A stretch of 64,000 bases of DNA from Roseovarius sp. (GTDB taxonomy: Bacteria; Pseudomonadota; Alphaproteobacteria; Rhodobacterales; Rhodobacteraceae). Position 1 is the first letter of the stretch. The number at the start of each line of letters is the position of its first letter. Below, one piece after another: positions 48,008-58,247 of this stretch. The stretch spans positions 1,773 through 65,772 of the forward strand of contig JAVLCJ010000003.1 of assembly GCA_031580875.1 (NCBI GenBank), read 5' to 3'. The position numbers and the translations under genes were made by a program. The notes beneath the pieces are model-generated. The model saw only the letters and a program-made list of their open reading frames with translations, was not told where the DNA came from and made no database searches.

Positions 48008-48357
48008 GGCGTCCTCTCTCGGCCCTCTGTGAGGCTTTGCAATCGGTCCGCGCCGATACACCTTGGCCACGCGGCAAAGTCAAGGCCTGCGCGGCCGTCC
48101 CCGACCGCGAGGCCGGGCAAAAACGTTTACAGGATTTGCGATTCGGGCAAGAATAGGGTCCCGACGGCGACAGTACCGCCGCCATTCATGACACGGCACG
48201 CCGGTTCCGCGCCACGGGATTGATTATTTACAGGCAATTCTTTCTCGGCGAAACTTCCGGCCAATGCGCAGGCCGCCCGTACATATCACAGGGGCACCTC
48301 GCCGGGTTCATGCAGGTCTTGTCGCGCTGATCAAAGCGCCGAGGATTGGGGGTGAAC

Positions 48358-49596
48358 ATGTGGACCAAAGCCTTGGATGCCCTGCTTTCGCATCTCATTC
48401 GCGAGGGCACGTTGACGGTTGCCTTCCCGGACGGGACGGTCCGTAGCTATGGTGACAACGGCAATGCCCGGGCGCAAAGCGTCGCTCTGACATTGCATGA
48501 GCCGGCCCTGCCACGGCGCATCGTGCTGTCGCCCGACCTCGCCGTCGGAGAAGCCTACATGAACGGCGAACTCACGATCGAGGGGGATGACCTGCACGGT
48601 TTTCTCACGCTGGCCATCCGCAATATCGCCGCGCAGGGGCAACCGTGGTTCCGCCGCCCGCTTGACATGGGGCGCCACATGCTGCGCTACCTGCAACAGT
48701 TCAACCCGGTCAAGCGGTCCCGCGCGAATGTCGCGCACCATTACGACCTCAGCGGGGATCTCTACGATCTCTTCCTCGACATGGACAGGCAGTATTCATG
48801 CGCGTATTTCCGCGACCCGGCGATGACGCTGGACCAGGCGCAGGACGCCAAGAAGCACCACATCGCCGGCAAGCTGCTGATCGAACCGGGCATGCGGGTG
48901 CTCGATATCGGCTGTGGCTGGGGCGGCATGGGCCTGACGCTGGCACGCGACTACGGCGCCGAGGTTACCGGCGTGACCCTGTCGAGCGAACAGCACGCGA
49001 TGGCCAATGCCCGGGCCGCGAAGGCCGGTCTGTCAGACAAGGCGCGGTTCGAGCTGATGGATTACCGGGACGTCAAAGGCAAGTTCGACAGGATCGTTTC
49101 CGTCGGCATGTTCGAACACGTGGGCGTGCCGCATTACAACGAGTATTTCGCGACGGTGCGCGACCGCCTGACAGATGACGGCATCGCCCTGATCCACACG
49201 ATCGGACGCGCGGGGCCGCCCGGCACGACCAGCCCCTGGATCACCAAGTACATCTTCCCCGGCGGATACGTTCCCGCGCTTTCGGAAACCTCCGCCGCGG
49301 TCGAATACCAGGGGCTGGTGACGACTGATATCGAAATATGGCGCCTGCATTATGCCGAGACACTGAAACACTGGTACGCGCGTTTCATGGCGAATATCGA
49401 CAAGGCCCGGGAACTTTATGATGATCGTTTCTGCCGGATGTGGCGGTATTATCTTCTGGCCTGTGAGCTGACCTTCCGTTTCAACGATCAGGTCGTGTTC
49501 CAATTGCAGATGTCCCCGAAACAGGACGCGGTACCCTTGACCCGTGACTACCTGTACCGCGATGATCAGGTGTCCATGTCCCGCGCCGCGGAATGA
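48358..49596 (+). CDS. cfa: Cyclopropane-fatty-acyl-phospholipid synthase family methyltransferase
   Basis: HYDLSGDLYDLFLD..YSCAYF, VLDIGCGWGG, SVGMFEHVG and IFPGGY..S motifs. The first ATG is at 48358; the track start is a TTG at 48346. Confidence 0.88.
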   Translation: MWTKALDALLSHLIREGTLTVAFPDGTVRSYGDNGNARAQSVALTLHEPALPRRIVLSPDLAVGEAYMNGELTIEGDDLHGFLTLAIRNIAAQGQPWFRRPLDMGRHMLRYLQQFNPVKRSRANVAHHYDLSGDLYDLFLDMDRQYSCAYFRDPAMTLDQAQDAKKHHIAGKLLIEPGMRVLDIGCGWGGMGLTLARDYGAEVTGVTLSSEQHAMANARAAKAGLSDKARFELMDYRDVKGKFDRIVSVGMFEHVGVPHYNEYFATVRDRLTDDGIALIHTIGRAGPPGTTSPWITKYIFPGGYVPALSETSAAVEYQGLVTTDIEIWRLHYAETLKHWYARFMANIDKARELYDDRFCRMWRYYLLACELTFRFNDQVVFQLQMSPKQDAVPLTRDYLYRDDQVSMSRAAE

Positions 49597-49627
49597 AACC
49601 GGTGTTCGGACACGGGCCTCGCCAAGC

Positions 49628-50269
49628 TCAGCCGACAAACCGCGCGGGGATCAGTCCACGCAGGGAATTGCCGGCATAAATCGCGCTGGCCGCCATCAGA
49701 TGCTCCATGCCGAGCACCTGCACCCGCGCACGGCCCGTCGCCAGCAACTCCTCGCGCAGAACACCCGGCAGAAGCCCGCTCGCGACAGGGGGCGTCAGCA
49801 ACCCATCGCCCATCTCGATGAACAGATTGGTGATCGTGCCCTCGGCCAGTTCTCCGATCTCATTGAGGAATACAAGCTCCTCCACGCCCGCGGGCATCGC
49901 CGCGCGCGCGGTGTCGTAAAGCGCGCGCTCGGTCGTCTTGACACGCAACCACGGGTTTGCGCTGTCCAGCCGATGCGGCGACAGGCCCAAGCGCCAGACC
50001 GTGCCTTGCGGCAATGGCGTGAAAGGCGCCGTCGTGACCTCGGCGCCACCTCGGCGATCAACCGTCAGGCGGACGCGCATCGGCGCGTCGGCCGCAAGGG
50101 TGTCCAGCGTTTCCACCACGTCGCGCGGCACGATCCCGAGCGCCGCCGCCGTTTCTTCCAGCCGTCGAAGGTGGCGGTCCCGGCGGGGAATGCCCGTACC
50201 GGGATGCCATCCCATGGTTTCGATCAGGCGGAAGCCGGGCTTGTCAGGCGGGCGAAGCGGGCTTTCCAT
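49628..50269 (-). CDS. pabC: Aminodeoxychorismate lyase-like protein (class IV aminotransferase fold)
   Basis: FRLIETMGW..G...R...HL.RL..TA..LG N-terminus, and co-location with pabB. GAGGAGG Shine-Dalgarno before the ATG at 50269. Overlaps the pabB 3' end by 46 nt. Confidence 0.7.
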   Translation of the reverse strand: MESPLRPPDKPGFRLIETMGWHPGTGIPRRDRHLRRLEETAAALGIVPRDVVETLDTLAADAPMRVRLTVDRRGGAEVTTAPFTPLPQGTVWRLGLSPHRLDSANPWLRVKTTERALYDTARAAMPAGVEELVFLNEIGELAEGTITNLFIEMGDGLLTPPVASGLLPGVLREELLATGRARVQVLGMEHLMAASAIYAGNSLRGLIPARFVG

Positions 50270-51348
50270 AGCGCCTCCTCGTACTCGCTCTCTGCCGTGC
50301 TGTCATAAACCAGCCCTCCGCCGACATTGAGTGTCGCGCGCGCCCCGTCCAGCATCAGGGTACGGATTGCGACGTTGAATTCCGCCCGACCGTCCGGGGC
50401 GGCCCAGCCGATCGAGCCACAGTATATGTCCCGCGGCGCGGGCTCCAGCTCGGCAAGGATTTCCATCGCCCGCAACTTCGGCGCCCCCGTGATCGATCCG
50501 CAGGGGAACAGCGCCCGCAGGATATCCCCGAGCCCGGTTTCCGGCAGCATACGACCCGTGACAAGCGATGTCATCTGATGGACGGTGGTGTAGCTTTCCA
50601 CCGAGAAGAGCTCGGGCACGCGGACGGACCCCGGCACGCATATACGGCTGATATCGTTGCGCAAAAGATCAACGATCATCAGGTTCTCCGCCCGGTTCTT
50701 TTCATCCGTCTGCAGGAAATACCGGCGCCGTTCATCCTCGGCCGGCTCGTTGCTTCGCGGCTGCGTGCCCTTCATGGGCCGGGTGGCAATGCGGCCGTCG
50801 GCATCGCTGCGAAAGAACAGCTCGGGCGAGCGTGCAAGCAGCGCCGGGCCCTCGTGCTGCTCCACCAGCGCGCCGTATCGCACCGGCTGATGCGCCGCCA
50901 GCGCCCGGTACAGTGCCGCCGGGCGGCCCTCGACGGCCATCTCGATGGGGAAGGTCAAGTTCGCCTGATAGATGTCCCCCGAACAGATGTAGTCATGCAC
51001 CTTCTCGAAGGCGCGCGCGTACTGCGCGACGTCCCAACCGGGCCTCGGCTCCCCGATCGCGGCCCGACCGGCCTGCAGCGGCGGCGCCACACCGGGCCCG
51101 GCAAAGGCTCCGAAGCACAGCAGGGGCAGCCGGCGGCGCCCCGGCATCAGGGGCCCGAGACGCGGCTCCAGCGCGTACCCGAGTTCATAACTGGCGTAGC
51201 CGGCCAGCCAGAGGCCTGCCGCCTGCGCCTCGGCGAGGGCGGCCAAGGCCGCCGGCACCTCGGCGGGTGTGTGGGCCGCGATCAGCCGTTCGGCCTGCGC
51301 GAACTGGCAGGCTGTCCCGTCGGGGCCGTGATCGAATCGGATTTGCAC
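50224..51348 (-). CDS. pabB: Aminodeoxychorismate synthase component I (chorismate-binding enzyme)
   Basis: Chorismate-binding motifs: GDIYQANL, PMKGT, ENLMIVDLLRND, FPCGSITGAPK, RDIYCGSIGW. GTG start at 51348. Confidence 0.85.
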   Translation of the reverse strand: MQIRFDHGPDGTACQFAQAERLIAAHTPAEVPAALAALAEAQAAGLWLAGYASYELGYALEPRLGPLMPGRRRLPLLCFGAFAGPGVAPPLQAGRAAIGEPRPGWDVAQYARAFEKVHDYICSGDIYQANLTFPIEMAVEGRPAALYRALAAHQPVRYGALVEQHEGPALLARSPELFFRSDADGRIATRPMKGTQPRSNEPAEDERRRYFLQTDEKNRAENLMIVDLLRNDISRICVPGSVRVPELFSVESYTTVHQMTSLVTGRMLPETGLGDILRALFPCGSITGAPKLRAMEILAELEPAPRDIYCGSIGWAAPDGRAEFNVAIRTLMLDGARATLNVGGGLVYDSTAESEYEEALWKARFARLTSPASA

Positions 51349-51504
51349 CTGATGTGTTCCCTGTTCGCCTTGTGAGCGTTCTAGTGGGCGCGGACGGTCT
51401 TGCCACCCTCAAATGCGGCCTTTTCCGCAAGTTTTCCGATCCCCCTTGCACACCTGCGCGCTATGGATATAACGCCAACAATTTGCGCTGCCCACGGGGA
51501 AACC

Positions 51505-54500
51505 ATGCCGAAGAGAACTGACATTTCGTCCATCATGATCATCGGCGCGGGGCCCATCATCATCGGCCAGGCATGCGAATTCGACTATTCCGGCGCGCAG
51601 GCCTGCAAGGCTTTGCGCGAAGAAGGATACCGCGTCATCCTCGTCAATTCCAACCCCGCGACGATCATGACCGATCCCGGGCTGGCCGACGCCACCTACA
51701 TCGAACCGATCACTCCCGAGGTCGTGGCGAAAATCATCGAAAGGGAACAGCCCGATGCGCTGCTGCCCACCATGGGCGGGCAAACGGGGCTCAACACCGC
51801 GCTGGCAGTGGCCGACATGGGCGTCCTCGAGAAGTTCGGGGTCGAACTCATCGGCGCGAACCGCGACGCCATCGAGATGGCCGAGGACCGCAAGCTGTTC
51901 CGCGAGGCCATGGACCGGCTGGGCATCGAGAACCCGCGTGCCACGATCGCGAACTCGATGGACGAGGCGATGGCCGCGATCGAGCACGTGGGCCTTCCCG
52001 CGATCATCCGTCCCGCCTACACGCTGGGCGGCACCGGCGGCGGCGTGGCCTATAACCGCGACGATTACGAACACTATTGCAAGTCCGGTCTCGACGCCTC
52101 GCCGGTCAGCCAGATCCTGATCGACGAAAGCCTGCTGGGCTGGAAGGAATACGAGATGGAGGTTGTTCGCGACAAGGCGGACAACGCGATCATTGTCTGC
52201 TCGATCGAGAACGTTGACCCGATGGGCGTGCATACGGGCGACTCGATCACCGTCGCGCCTGCGCTCACGCTGACGGACAAGGAATACCAGATCATGCGCA
52301 ACGGCTCCATCGCCGTGCTGCGCGAAATCGGGGTGGAAACCGGCGGATCGAACGTGCAATGGGCCATCAACCCCGAGGACGGCCGCATGGTCGTGATCGA
52401 GATGAACCCGAGGGTCAGTCGCTCCTCCGCGCTGGCCTCCAAGGCGACCGGCTTCCCCATTGCCAAGATCGCCGCCAAGCTGGCCGTGGGCTACACGCTG
52501 GACGAACTCGACAACGATATCACCAAGGTCACGCCGGCCAGCTTCGAGCCCACGATCGACTACGTCGTCACCAAGATCCCGCGCTTCGCCTTCGAGAAAT
52601 TCCCGGGGTCGGAACCCACGCTGACCACGGCGATGAAATCGGTTGGCGAGGGCATGTCGATCGGCCGGACGATTCACGAGTCCCTGCAGAAGGCGCTCGC
52701 CTCCATGGAAACCGGGCTCTCCGGCTTCGACGAGGTCGAGATTGACGGTGCGCCGGACAAGGCCGCCGTTATCAAGGCGCTCAGCCAGCAGACGCCCGAC
52801 AGGATGCGCACCATCGCGCAGGCCATGCGGCACGGGCTGACGAACGACGAGATACAGCTGGCGACGAAGTATGACCCTTGGTTCCTCGAACGGATTCGCG
52901 AAATCGTCGATGCCGAGCAGGACGTCCGCCAAAACGGCCTGCCCGCCGACACCGAGGCACTGCGCCGGCTCAAGACGATGGGCTTCACCGACGCCCGGCT
53001 GGCGGCCCTGACGGGGTTCACCGAGGCCGACATTCGCCGCGCCCGCCATGCGGCGGGGGTCACCGCGGCCTTCAAGCGGATCGACACCTGCGCGGCCGAA
53101 TTCGAGGCGCAGACGCCGTACATGTACTCGACATACGAGGCGCCCGTCATGGGCGACGTGGAATGCGAAGCCCGCCCGTCGGACCGCAAGAAGGTCGTCA
53201 TCCTCGGTGGCGGCCCCAACCGGATCGGGCAAGGCATCGAGTTCGATTATTGCTGTTGCCACGCCTGTTTCGCGCTTACCGATGCGGGCTACGAAACCAT
53301 CATGATCAACTGCAACCCCGAGACCGTCAGCACAGATTACGACACGTCGGACAGGCTCTACTTCGAGCCGCTGACATTCGAGCACGTGATGGAAGTCCTG
53401 CGGATCGAGCAGGAGAACGGCACCCTGCACGGCGTCATCGTCCAGTTCGGAGGGCAAACGCCGCTGAAACTTGCCAATGCGCTCGAGGCCGAAGGCATCC
53501 CGATCCTCGGCACGTCCCCCGACGCGATTGACCTTGCCGAAGACCGCGAAAGGTTCCAGGCGCTGGTCAACCAGCTCGGCCTCAAACAGCCGAAGAACGG
53601 GCTGGCCTTCACCGATGCGCAGGCATTGTCCATCGCGGAGTCCATAGGCTTTCCTCTTGTCATTCGCCCGTCCTACGTGCTTGGCGGCCGTGCCATGGAA
53701 ATCGTGCGGGACATGGCCCATCTCGAACGCTATATCGCCGAGGCGGTGGTGGTGTCCGGCGACAGCCCGGTTTTGCTTGATGGCTATCTGGCCGGCGCGA
53801 TCGAATGTGACGTCGACGCGCTGTGTGACGGTGAAACCGTGCATGTCGCGGGTATCCTGCAGCACATCGAGGAGGCGGGCGTCCATTCGGGCGACAGCGC
53901 CTGTTCCCTGCCACCCTACACGCTGTCGCGCGATACCGTGGCCGAAATCGAACGCCAGACCGAGGCGCTCGCCCTCGGGCTGGATGTGCGCGGGCTGATG
54001 AACGTTCAATTCGCCGTCAAGGACGACGAAATCTACCTCATCGAGGTCAATCCCCGCGCCTCGCGCACGGTCCCCTTCGTGGCCAAGGCCACCGACTCGG
54101 CCATTGCCTCCATCGCCGCACGGCTCATGGCGGGCGAAAAGATGTCTGCCTTCCCGCATCGCGGGGCATACCCCGCCGACGCGAAGCCGGGCAGCCTGCC
54201 CATGGCCGACCAGATGACCCTGGCCGATCCCGACATGCCATGGTTCTCCGTGAAGGAAGCCGTGCTGCCCTTTGCCCGCTTCCCGGGGGTCGATACCATC
54301 CTCGGGCCCGAAATGCGGTCCACCGGCGAGGTCATGGGCTGGGACGTGTCCTTCCCCCGCGCCTTCCTCAAGGCGCAGATGGGGGCGGGCACGCATCTGC
54401 CCGAAAGCGGCAAGGTCTTCTTCTCGATCAAGGACGAGGACAAGACGGAACAGCTGGTGGACACGGCCCGCACGCTGGTCGAGTTGGGTTTCGACCTCGT

Positions 54501-54813
54501 GGCGACACGGGGCACGGCGGGTTTCCTCGCCGCGCACGAGATAGCCTGTGACGTCGTCAACAAGGTCTACGAAGGCCGGCCCAACGTGGTGGACATGCTC
54601 AAGGACGGGCAGATCGCCGTTGTCATGAACACCACCGAAAGCGCCCAAGCCGTCGAGGACAGCCGCGAGATTCGCTCGGTTGCGCTCTACGACAAGATCC
54701 CGTATTTCACCACGGCGGCGGGCGCACACGCCGCCGCGCTGGCGATGCGGGCCCGTCAGGACGGGGACCTCGTGGCGATGCCGTTGCAGGGGCCATCGGA
54801 GGCGCCCGACTGA
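51505..54813 (+). CDS. carB: Carbamoyl-phosphate synthase large subunit
   Basis: [30 protein letters not shown], a duplicated ATP-grasp architecture, and an MGS-like C-terminal domain. ATG at 51505. Confidence 0.98.
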   Translation: MPKRTDISSIMIIGAGPIIIGQACEFDYSGAQACKALREEGYRVILVNSNPATIMTDPGLADATYIEPITPEVVAKIIEREQPDALLPTMGGQTGLNTALAVADMGVLEKFGVELIGANRDAIEMAEDRKLFREAMDRLGIENPRATIANSMDEAMAAIEHVGLPAIIRPAYTLGGTGGGVAYNRDDYEHYCKSGLDASPVSQILIDESLLGWKEYEMEVVRDKADNAIIVCSIENVDPMGVHTGDSITVAPALTLTDKEYQIMRNGSIAVLREIGVETGGSNVQWAINPEDGRMVVIEMNPRVSRSSALASKATGFPIAKIAAKLAVGYTLDELDNDITKVTPASFEPTIDYVVTKIPRFAFEKFPGSEPTLTTAMKSVGEGMSIGRTIHESLQKALASMETGLSGFDEVEIDGAPDKAAVIKALSQQTPDRMRTIAQAMRHGLTNDEIQLATKYDPWFLERIREIVDAEQDVRQNGLPADTEALRRLKTMGFTDARLAALTGFTEADIRRARHAAGVTAAFKRIDTCAAEFEAQTPYMYSTYEAPVMGDVECEARPSDRKKVVILGGGPNRIGQGIEFDYCCCHACFALTDAGYETIMINCNPETVSTDYDTSDRLYFEPLTFEHVMEVLRIEQENGTLHGVIVQFGGQTPLKLANALEAEGIPILGTSPDAIDLAEDRERFQALVNQLGLKQPKNGLAFTDAQALSIAESIGFPLVIRPSYVLGGRAMEIVRDMAHLERYIAEAVVVSGDSPVLLDGYLAGAIECDVDALCDGETVHVAGILQHIEEAGVHSGDSACSLPPYTLSRDTVAEIERQTEALALGLDVRGLMNVQFAVKDDEIYLIEVNPRASRTVPFVAKATDSAIASIAARLMAGEKMSAFPHRGAYPADAKPGSLPMADQMTLADPDMPWFSVKEAVLPFARFPGVDTILGPEMRSTGEVMGWDVSFPRAFLKAQMGAGTHLPESGKVFFSIKDEDKTEQLVDTARTLVELGFDLVATRGTAGFLAAHEIACDVVNKVYEGRPNVVDMLKDGQIAVVMNTTESAQAVEDSREIRSVALYDKIPYFTTAAGAHAAALAMRARQDGDLVAMPLQGPSEAPD

Positions 54814-55019
54814 TCAGGGCCGCACACTGCGTAAGGCCCTGATACAGAAACAAGAATTTAATATGCGCGCTAGTCATGCCGTTTTCCCAGATCCGGTATG
54901 ACGGAATTGCATGAATTTTCGGCCAGGCGGTCATTGCGCCGTCACGTTTTTTCATTATTTGTCGGTCTAGGCGCAGTTCAGCGCTTACAATTGCAACCTT
55001 CAGACGTCAGGAGGCCGAG

Positions 55020-55142
55020 ATGACCCGCGATGAACTGAACCGCGAACTCCGGATGCACAGCGCCACCTGGCAGGCCGTGGTGTTGTTTTATGGTGTGATC
55101 GTCGGAACGCTGGTTTTTTCCGCCATGGCGATCACCGCCTGA
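55020..55142 (+). CDS. Small membrane peptide (40 aa), copy 1 of a tandem pair
   Basis: AGGAGG lies 6 nt upstream of the ATG. MTRDELNRELRMHSATWQAVVLFYGVIVGTLVFSAMAITA. Paralogous to 55249-55368, with many synonymous-only codon differences. It has its own terminator. Confidence 0.65.
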   Translation: MTRDELNRELRMHSATWQAVVLFYGVIVGTLVFSAMAITA

Positions 55143-55170
55143 ACCGTCCCGTACAGCAGCCGACAAAACA

Positions 55171-55209
55171 GGCGCCGGGCGGGAAAACAACCGCCGGGCG
55201 CCTTTCTTT
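55171..55209 (+). terminator. Rho-independent terminator after small peptide copy 1
   Basis: GGCGCCGGGCGG-GAAAACAA-CCGCCGGGCGCC, with 11 of 12 positions paired, followed by TTTCTTT. Confidence 0.6.
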
Positions 55210-55248
55210 GTATACCTGTGAACCCCATTCTCCGCATGGAGGCAGGCA

Positions 55249-55368
55249 ATGGACCGTGACCAACTCAACCGCGAACTCCGGATGCACAGCGCATCCTGGC
55301 CGGCAGTGCTGATTTTCTACGCCATCATCGTCGGAACGATGGCATTCAGCGCGATGGCCATTCTCTGA
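55249..55368 (+). CDS. Small membrane peptide (39 aa), copy 2 of a tandem pair
   Basis: GGAGG Shine-Dalgarno upstream. MDRDQLNRELRMHSASWPAVLIFYAIIVGTMAFSAMAIL. 28 of 39 residues are identical to copy 1. Confidence 0.65.
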   Translation: MDRDQLNRELRMHSASWPAVLIFYAIIVGTMAFSAMAIL

Positions 55369-55406
55369 TGTCCGCGTCCGGGCCATGTCCGCGCGCGGAA
55401 CCCCTG

Positions 55407-55452
55407 AAAAAGAAGACCGCGGGCGGTATCAGCCGCCCGCGGTTTTTTTCTT
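55407..55452. terminator. Bidirectional rho-independent terminator, serving small peptide copy 2 and the convergent ABC ATPase gene
   Basis: ACCGCGGGCGG-TATCAG-CCGCCCGCGGT is an 11 bp perfect stem. An A-rich run sits on the left and TTTTTTTCTTT on the right. Confidence 0.8.
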
Positions 55453-55459
55453 TCGGGCT

Positions 55460-57163
55460 TCAGCCTTGCGTGCCTTCGACCTTTTCGTCTTCCGGGTCAA
55501 TCTTCGAGGTGGCCGCGTCACCAACGTTGTCGACCCCCCTCTCTTCCAGCAAGGTTGACAGCCACTCCGGATCCATTTCGGGCACGGAGCTCAGCAACAG
55601 GTCGGTATAGGGGTGGTGCGGCGGCGTGAACATCTTGTCCTTCGCCCCCTGCTCCACGACTTTGCCGTGCTGCATGACAACCACCTCGTCAGCGATCGAC
55701 CGAACAGTCGCCAAGTCATGCGTGATGAACATGTAGGCAAGGTTCAACTCGTTCTGCAGCCGGTCCAGAAGTCTTAGGATGCCTTCGGCAACCAACTGGT
55801 CAAGCGCCGAGGTCACCTCGTCGCAAATGATGAAGCTGGGCTCGGCAGCCAATGCCCGCGCGATCCCGATCCTCTGTTTCTGCCCCCCCGACAATTCGGG
55901 CGGGAACCTGTTGTAGAATTTGGCGGGCTCAAGCTCGATCAGGTCAAGCAGCTCGTCCACGCGGTTCTTCAACGCGGTACCTTTGAGCCCGGAATAGAAC
56001 TGTGCCGGTCGCCCTATGATCTCGGCGATCTTCACCTTCGGGTTCAAGGCCGTGTCGGCCATCTGGTAGATCATCTGGCACTGCCGAAGCTGTTCCTTCG
56101 ATCTGTCCTTGTAATCCGGCGGGAAAGGTTCGCCCTTGAACAGCACTTCCCCCTTGGAGGGCGGCAGCAGGCCGGTGATCACGCGCGCCGTCGTGGATTT
56201 CCCCGAGCCGGACTCGCCCACGACAGCGACCGTCATCCCCTCGTAAATGTCAAAGCTGACATCATCGAGCACCTTCTCACCGCCGGTGTAGGAGGCATCG
56301 ACGTTCTTGACCGAAATGAGGGGGGGGGACCCGTCGGTCGGCCGCGATTTCTGGGGCCGCTTGAAGCTGCGGACGGCCCAAAGGGACTTGGTGTAATCCT
56401 CCTGCGGATTGTCCAGCATCTCCTTCGTCGGCGCTTCCTCGACCTCTTCTCCCCTCAGCAGGACCTTGATCGTGTCAGCCATCTGCGCCACGACCGCCAA
56501 ATCATGCGTGATGTAGATGGCCGCGGTGTTGAACTGGTCCACGATATCACGGATCGCCGCCAGAACCTCGATCTGCGTGGTCACGTCAAGCGCTGTCGTC
56601 GGCTCGTCGAAGATGATCAGGTCCGGCCGGCAGGACATCGCCATTGCGGTCATCGCCCGCTGCAATTGTCCGCCCGAAACCTGGTGGGGATAGCGAAAGC
56701 CGATCTCGTCTGGATTGGGAAGCCGCAGGCGGTTGTAAAGGTCCACCGCGTCTTCCTGTGCTTCCAGCCGCTTTTTCAACCGGTACTGGACCGGCGCCTC
56801 GGTGTGCTGGTCAATCAGTTTGTGTGCCGGGTTGAATGATGCAGCCGCCGATTGCGCGACATAGGCGATGCGGTTCCCGCGCAGCGCGCGCTTTTCGGCT
56901 TCGCTGGCGGTTGTCAGCTCCATCCCGTCGAACTCGATCGACCCGCCGGATATCCGCGTGCCGTCGCGGGCATAGCCCATGGCGGCCGCGCCGATCGTCG
57001 ATTTGCCGGCGCCGGATTCCCCGATCAGGCCCATCACCTCCCCGCGATGGAGGGTCAGGTCGACACCCTTGATGATGTCGACCCACGTTTCGTCCGAGTA
57101 CCCCTGGATCTGGAGATCCTTGACCTCCAGCAGGATGTCACTTTCCTTGAACTTCTTTGCCAT
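55460..57163 (-). CDS. Fused double-ATPase ABC transporter protein (DppD/DppF-type, peptide/opine/nickel family)
   Basis: Two Walker A motifs (GESGAGKST, GESGSGKST), two signatures (VSGGQLQR, LSGGQKQR) and two Walker B motifs. 567 aa. Confidence 0.93.
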   Translation of the reverse strand: MAKKFKESDILLEVKDLQIQGYSDETWVDIIKGVDLTLHRGEVMGLIGESGAGKSTIGAAAMGYARDGTRISGGSIEFDGMELTTASEAEKRALRGNRIAYVAQSAAASFNPAHKLIDQHTEAPVQYRLKKRLEAQEDAVDLYNRLRLPNPDEIGFRYPHQVSGGQLQRAMTAMAMSCRPDLIIFDEPTTALDVTTQIEVLAAIRDIVDQFNTAAIYITHDLAVVAQMADTIKVLLRGEEVEEAPTKEMLDNPQEDYTKSLWAVRSFKRPQKSRPTDGSPPLISVKNVDASYTGGEKVLDDVSFDIYEGMTVAVVGESGSGKSTTARVITGLLPPSKGEVLFKGEPFPPDYKDRSKEQLRQCQMIYQMADTALNPKVKIAEIIGRPAQFYSGLKGTALKNRVDELLDLIELEPAKFYNRFPPELSGGQKQRIGIARALAAEPSFIICDEVTSALDQLVAEGILRLLDRLQNELNLAYMFITHDLATVRSIADEVVVMQHGKVVEQGAKDKMFTPPHHPYTDLLLSSVPEMDPEWLSTLLEERGVDNVGDAATSKIDPEDEKVEGTQG

Positions 57164-57164
57164 C

Positions 57165-58235
57165 TTATGTCTCCTTGAGGCCGGAGGACCGCCACAGCAT
57201 CCAGTCCACCACGAAGTTGACCGACACGGTCAGCAGCGCGATGGCAGCCGCGGGAATCAGGGGCGTGATATCCCCGAACGAAATCAGCGTCGCGTTCTCG
57301 CGCACCATCGAGCCCCAGTCCGCCGTGGGCGGCTGGATGCCAAGGCCGAGGAACGAAAGCCCCGCCACCAGCAGGAACACGAAGCAGAATTCCAGCCCGA
57401 ACTCCGCGATCAGCGGCGCGGTGGAGTTGGGCAGGATTTCGCGGCGGATCAGGTACCACGTGCCTTCCCCGCGCAGCTTCGCCGCCTCGATATAGTCCAT
57501 CACCACGATGTTGCCGGCGACCGCGCGGGTCAGGCGGAAAACTCGGGGCGCATAGATGATCGCGACCGCAATGATGATGACGCTTATATCGGGCCCGAAG
57601 ATCGACAGCATCAGAAGCGCGAAGATCAGCGACGGGATCGACATGATCACATCGGCGAGCCGACCCATGAACTGGTCGAACCAGCCGCCCTTGGTGGCGG
57701 CCAGCAGCCCGGCAAGCGCGCCGAGGACGAAGGCCGCGACCGTTGCGGCCAGCGCCAACCCGACCGAGTTGCGCGTGCCGTAGATGATCCGGCTGAAGAT
57801 GTCGCGGCCCAGCTGGTCGGCCCCGAGCAGCATGTTTTCGTCCCGCGGCGCAAACGCCGAGGCGATCACCTCCGCCTCGCCATGCGGCGCGATCAGCGGT
57901 GCGAAGATACCCATGATCACGTAGGTGAAGATGACGAACATGCCGAATGCGGCTGTCAGGGGCGCGGTGCGCAATTCCTTGGCCATCTCTTCGGAGGACA
58001 TGGCGATCAGGAATTCCTTGAACCCGTAGGAAACCATGCCGGCCAGCGCCAGCAGGCCGGCAATCGCCGCCACCGTCTGCAGCGCCCCGACGCCGCCGAC
58101 GATCCCCAGGATGAAGGACACCAGCGTGAGCGAGAACAGCAGCATGAAGACCGAACGCTTGTTCAGATACGCCGCGACGCAGGAGGCGGCCAACAGAACC
58201 GTGTAGTAGCCGAATATGAAGACTGAGATACTCAT
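57165..58235 (-). CDS. ABC transporter permease, DppC-like, with an N-terminal extension of about 80 aa carrying extra helices
   Basis: BPD_transp_1-type core (EAAKLRGEG...REILPN). 356 aa, versus about 280-300 aa typical. Confidence 0.9.
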   Translation of the reverse strand: MSISVFIFGYYTVLLAASCVAAYLNKRSVFMLLFSLTLVSFILGIVGGVGALQTVAAIAGLLALAGMVSYGFKEFLIAMSSEEMAKELRTAPLTAAFGMFVIFTYVIMGIFAPLIAPHGEAEVIASAFAPRDENMLLGADQLGRDIFSRIIYGTRNSVGLALAATVAAFVLGALAGLLAATKGGWFDQFMGRLADVIMSIPSLIFALLMLSIFGPDISVIIIAVAIIYAPRVFRLTRAVAGNIVVMDYIEAAKLRGEGTWYLIRREILPNSTAPLIAEFGLEFCFVFLLVAGLSFLGLGIQPPTADWGSMVRENATLISFGDITPLIPAAAIALLTVSVNFVVDWMLWRSSGLKET

Positions 58236-58247
58236 CTGTCCACCCCC

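Noticed and set aside
51409-54729. 1106 aa minus-strand ORF
   Set aside because: It is an antisense shadow of carB, with the same compositional signature and no motifs. The same reasoning applies to 18869-20551 (antisense to phaC), 239-1690, 1696-3528, 5790-7880, 12581-13924, 27572-28945, 59480-60859 and 46701-48185 (alternate frame of aspS).
55020-55368. Assignment of the tandem 39-40 aa peptides to the bacterial aa3 cytochrome oxidase subunit IV family
   Set aside because: Only a vague resemblance exists: a polar N-terminus with His, an aromatic residue, and one helix. I could not align the characteristic motif convincingly from memory, and no oxidase genes are nearby. I left them as unassigned.
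54978-55386. Two minus-strand track ORFs (54978-55268 and 55132-55386)
   Set aside because: They lie antisense to the two small peptide genes and their terminators. They have poor composition and no Shine-Dalgarno. The synonymous-substitution pattern supports the plus-strand peptides instead.
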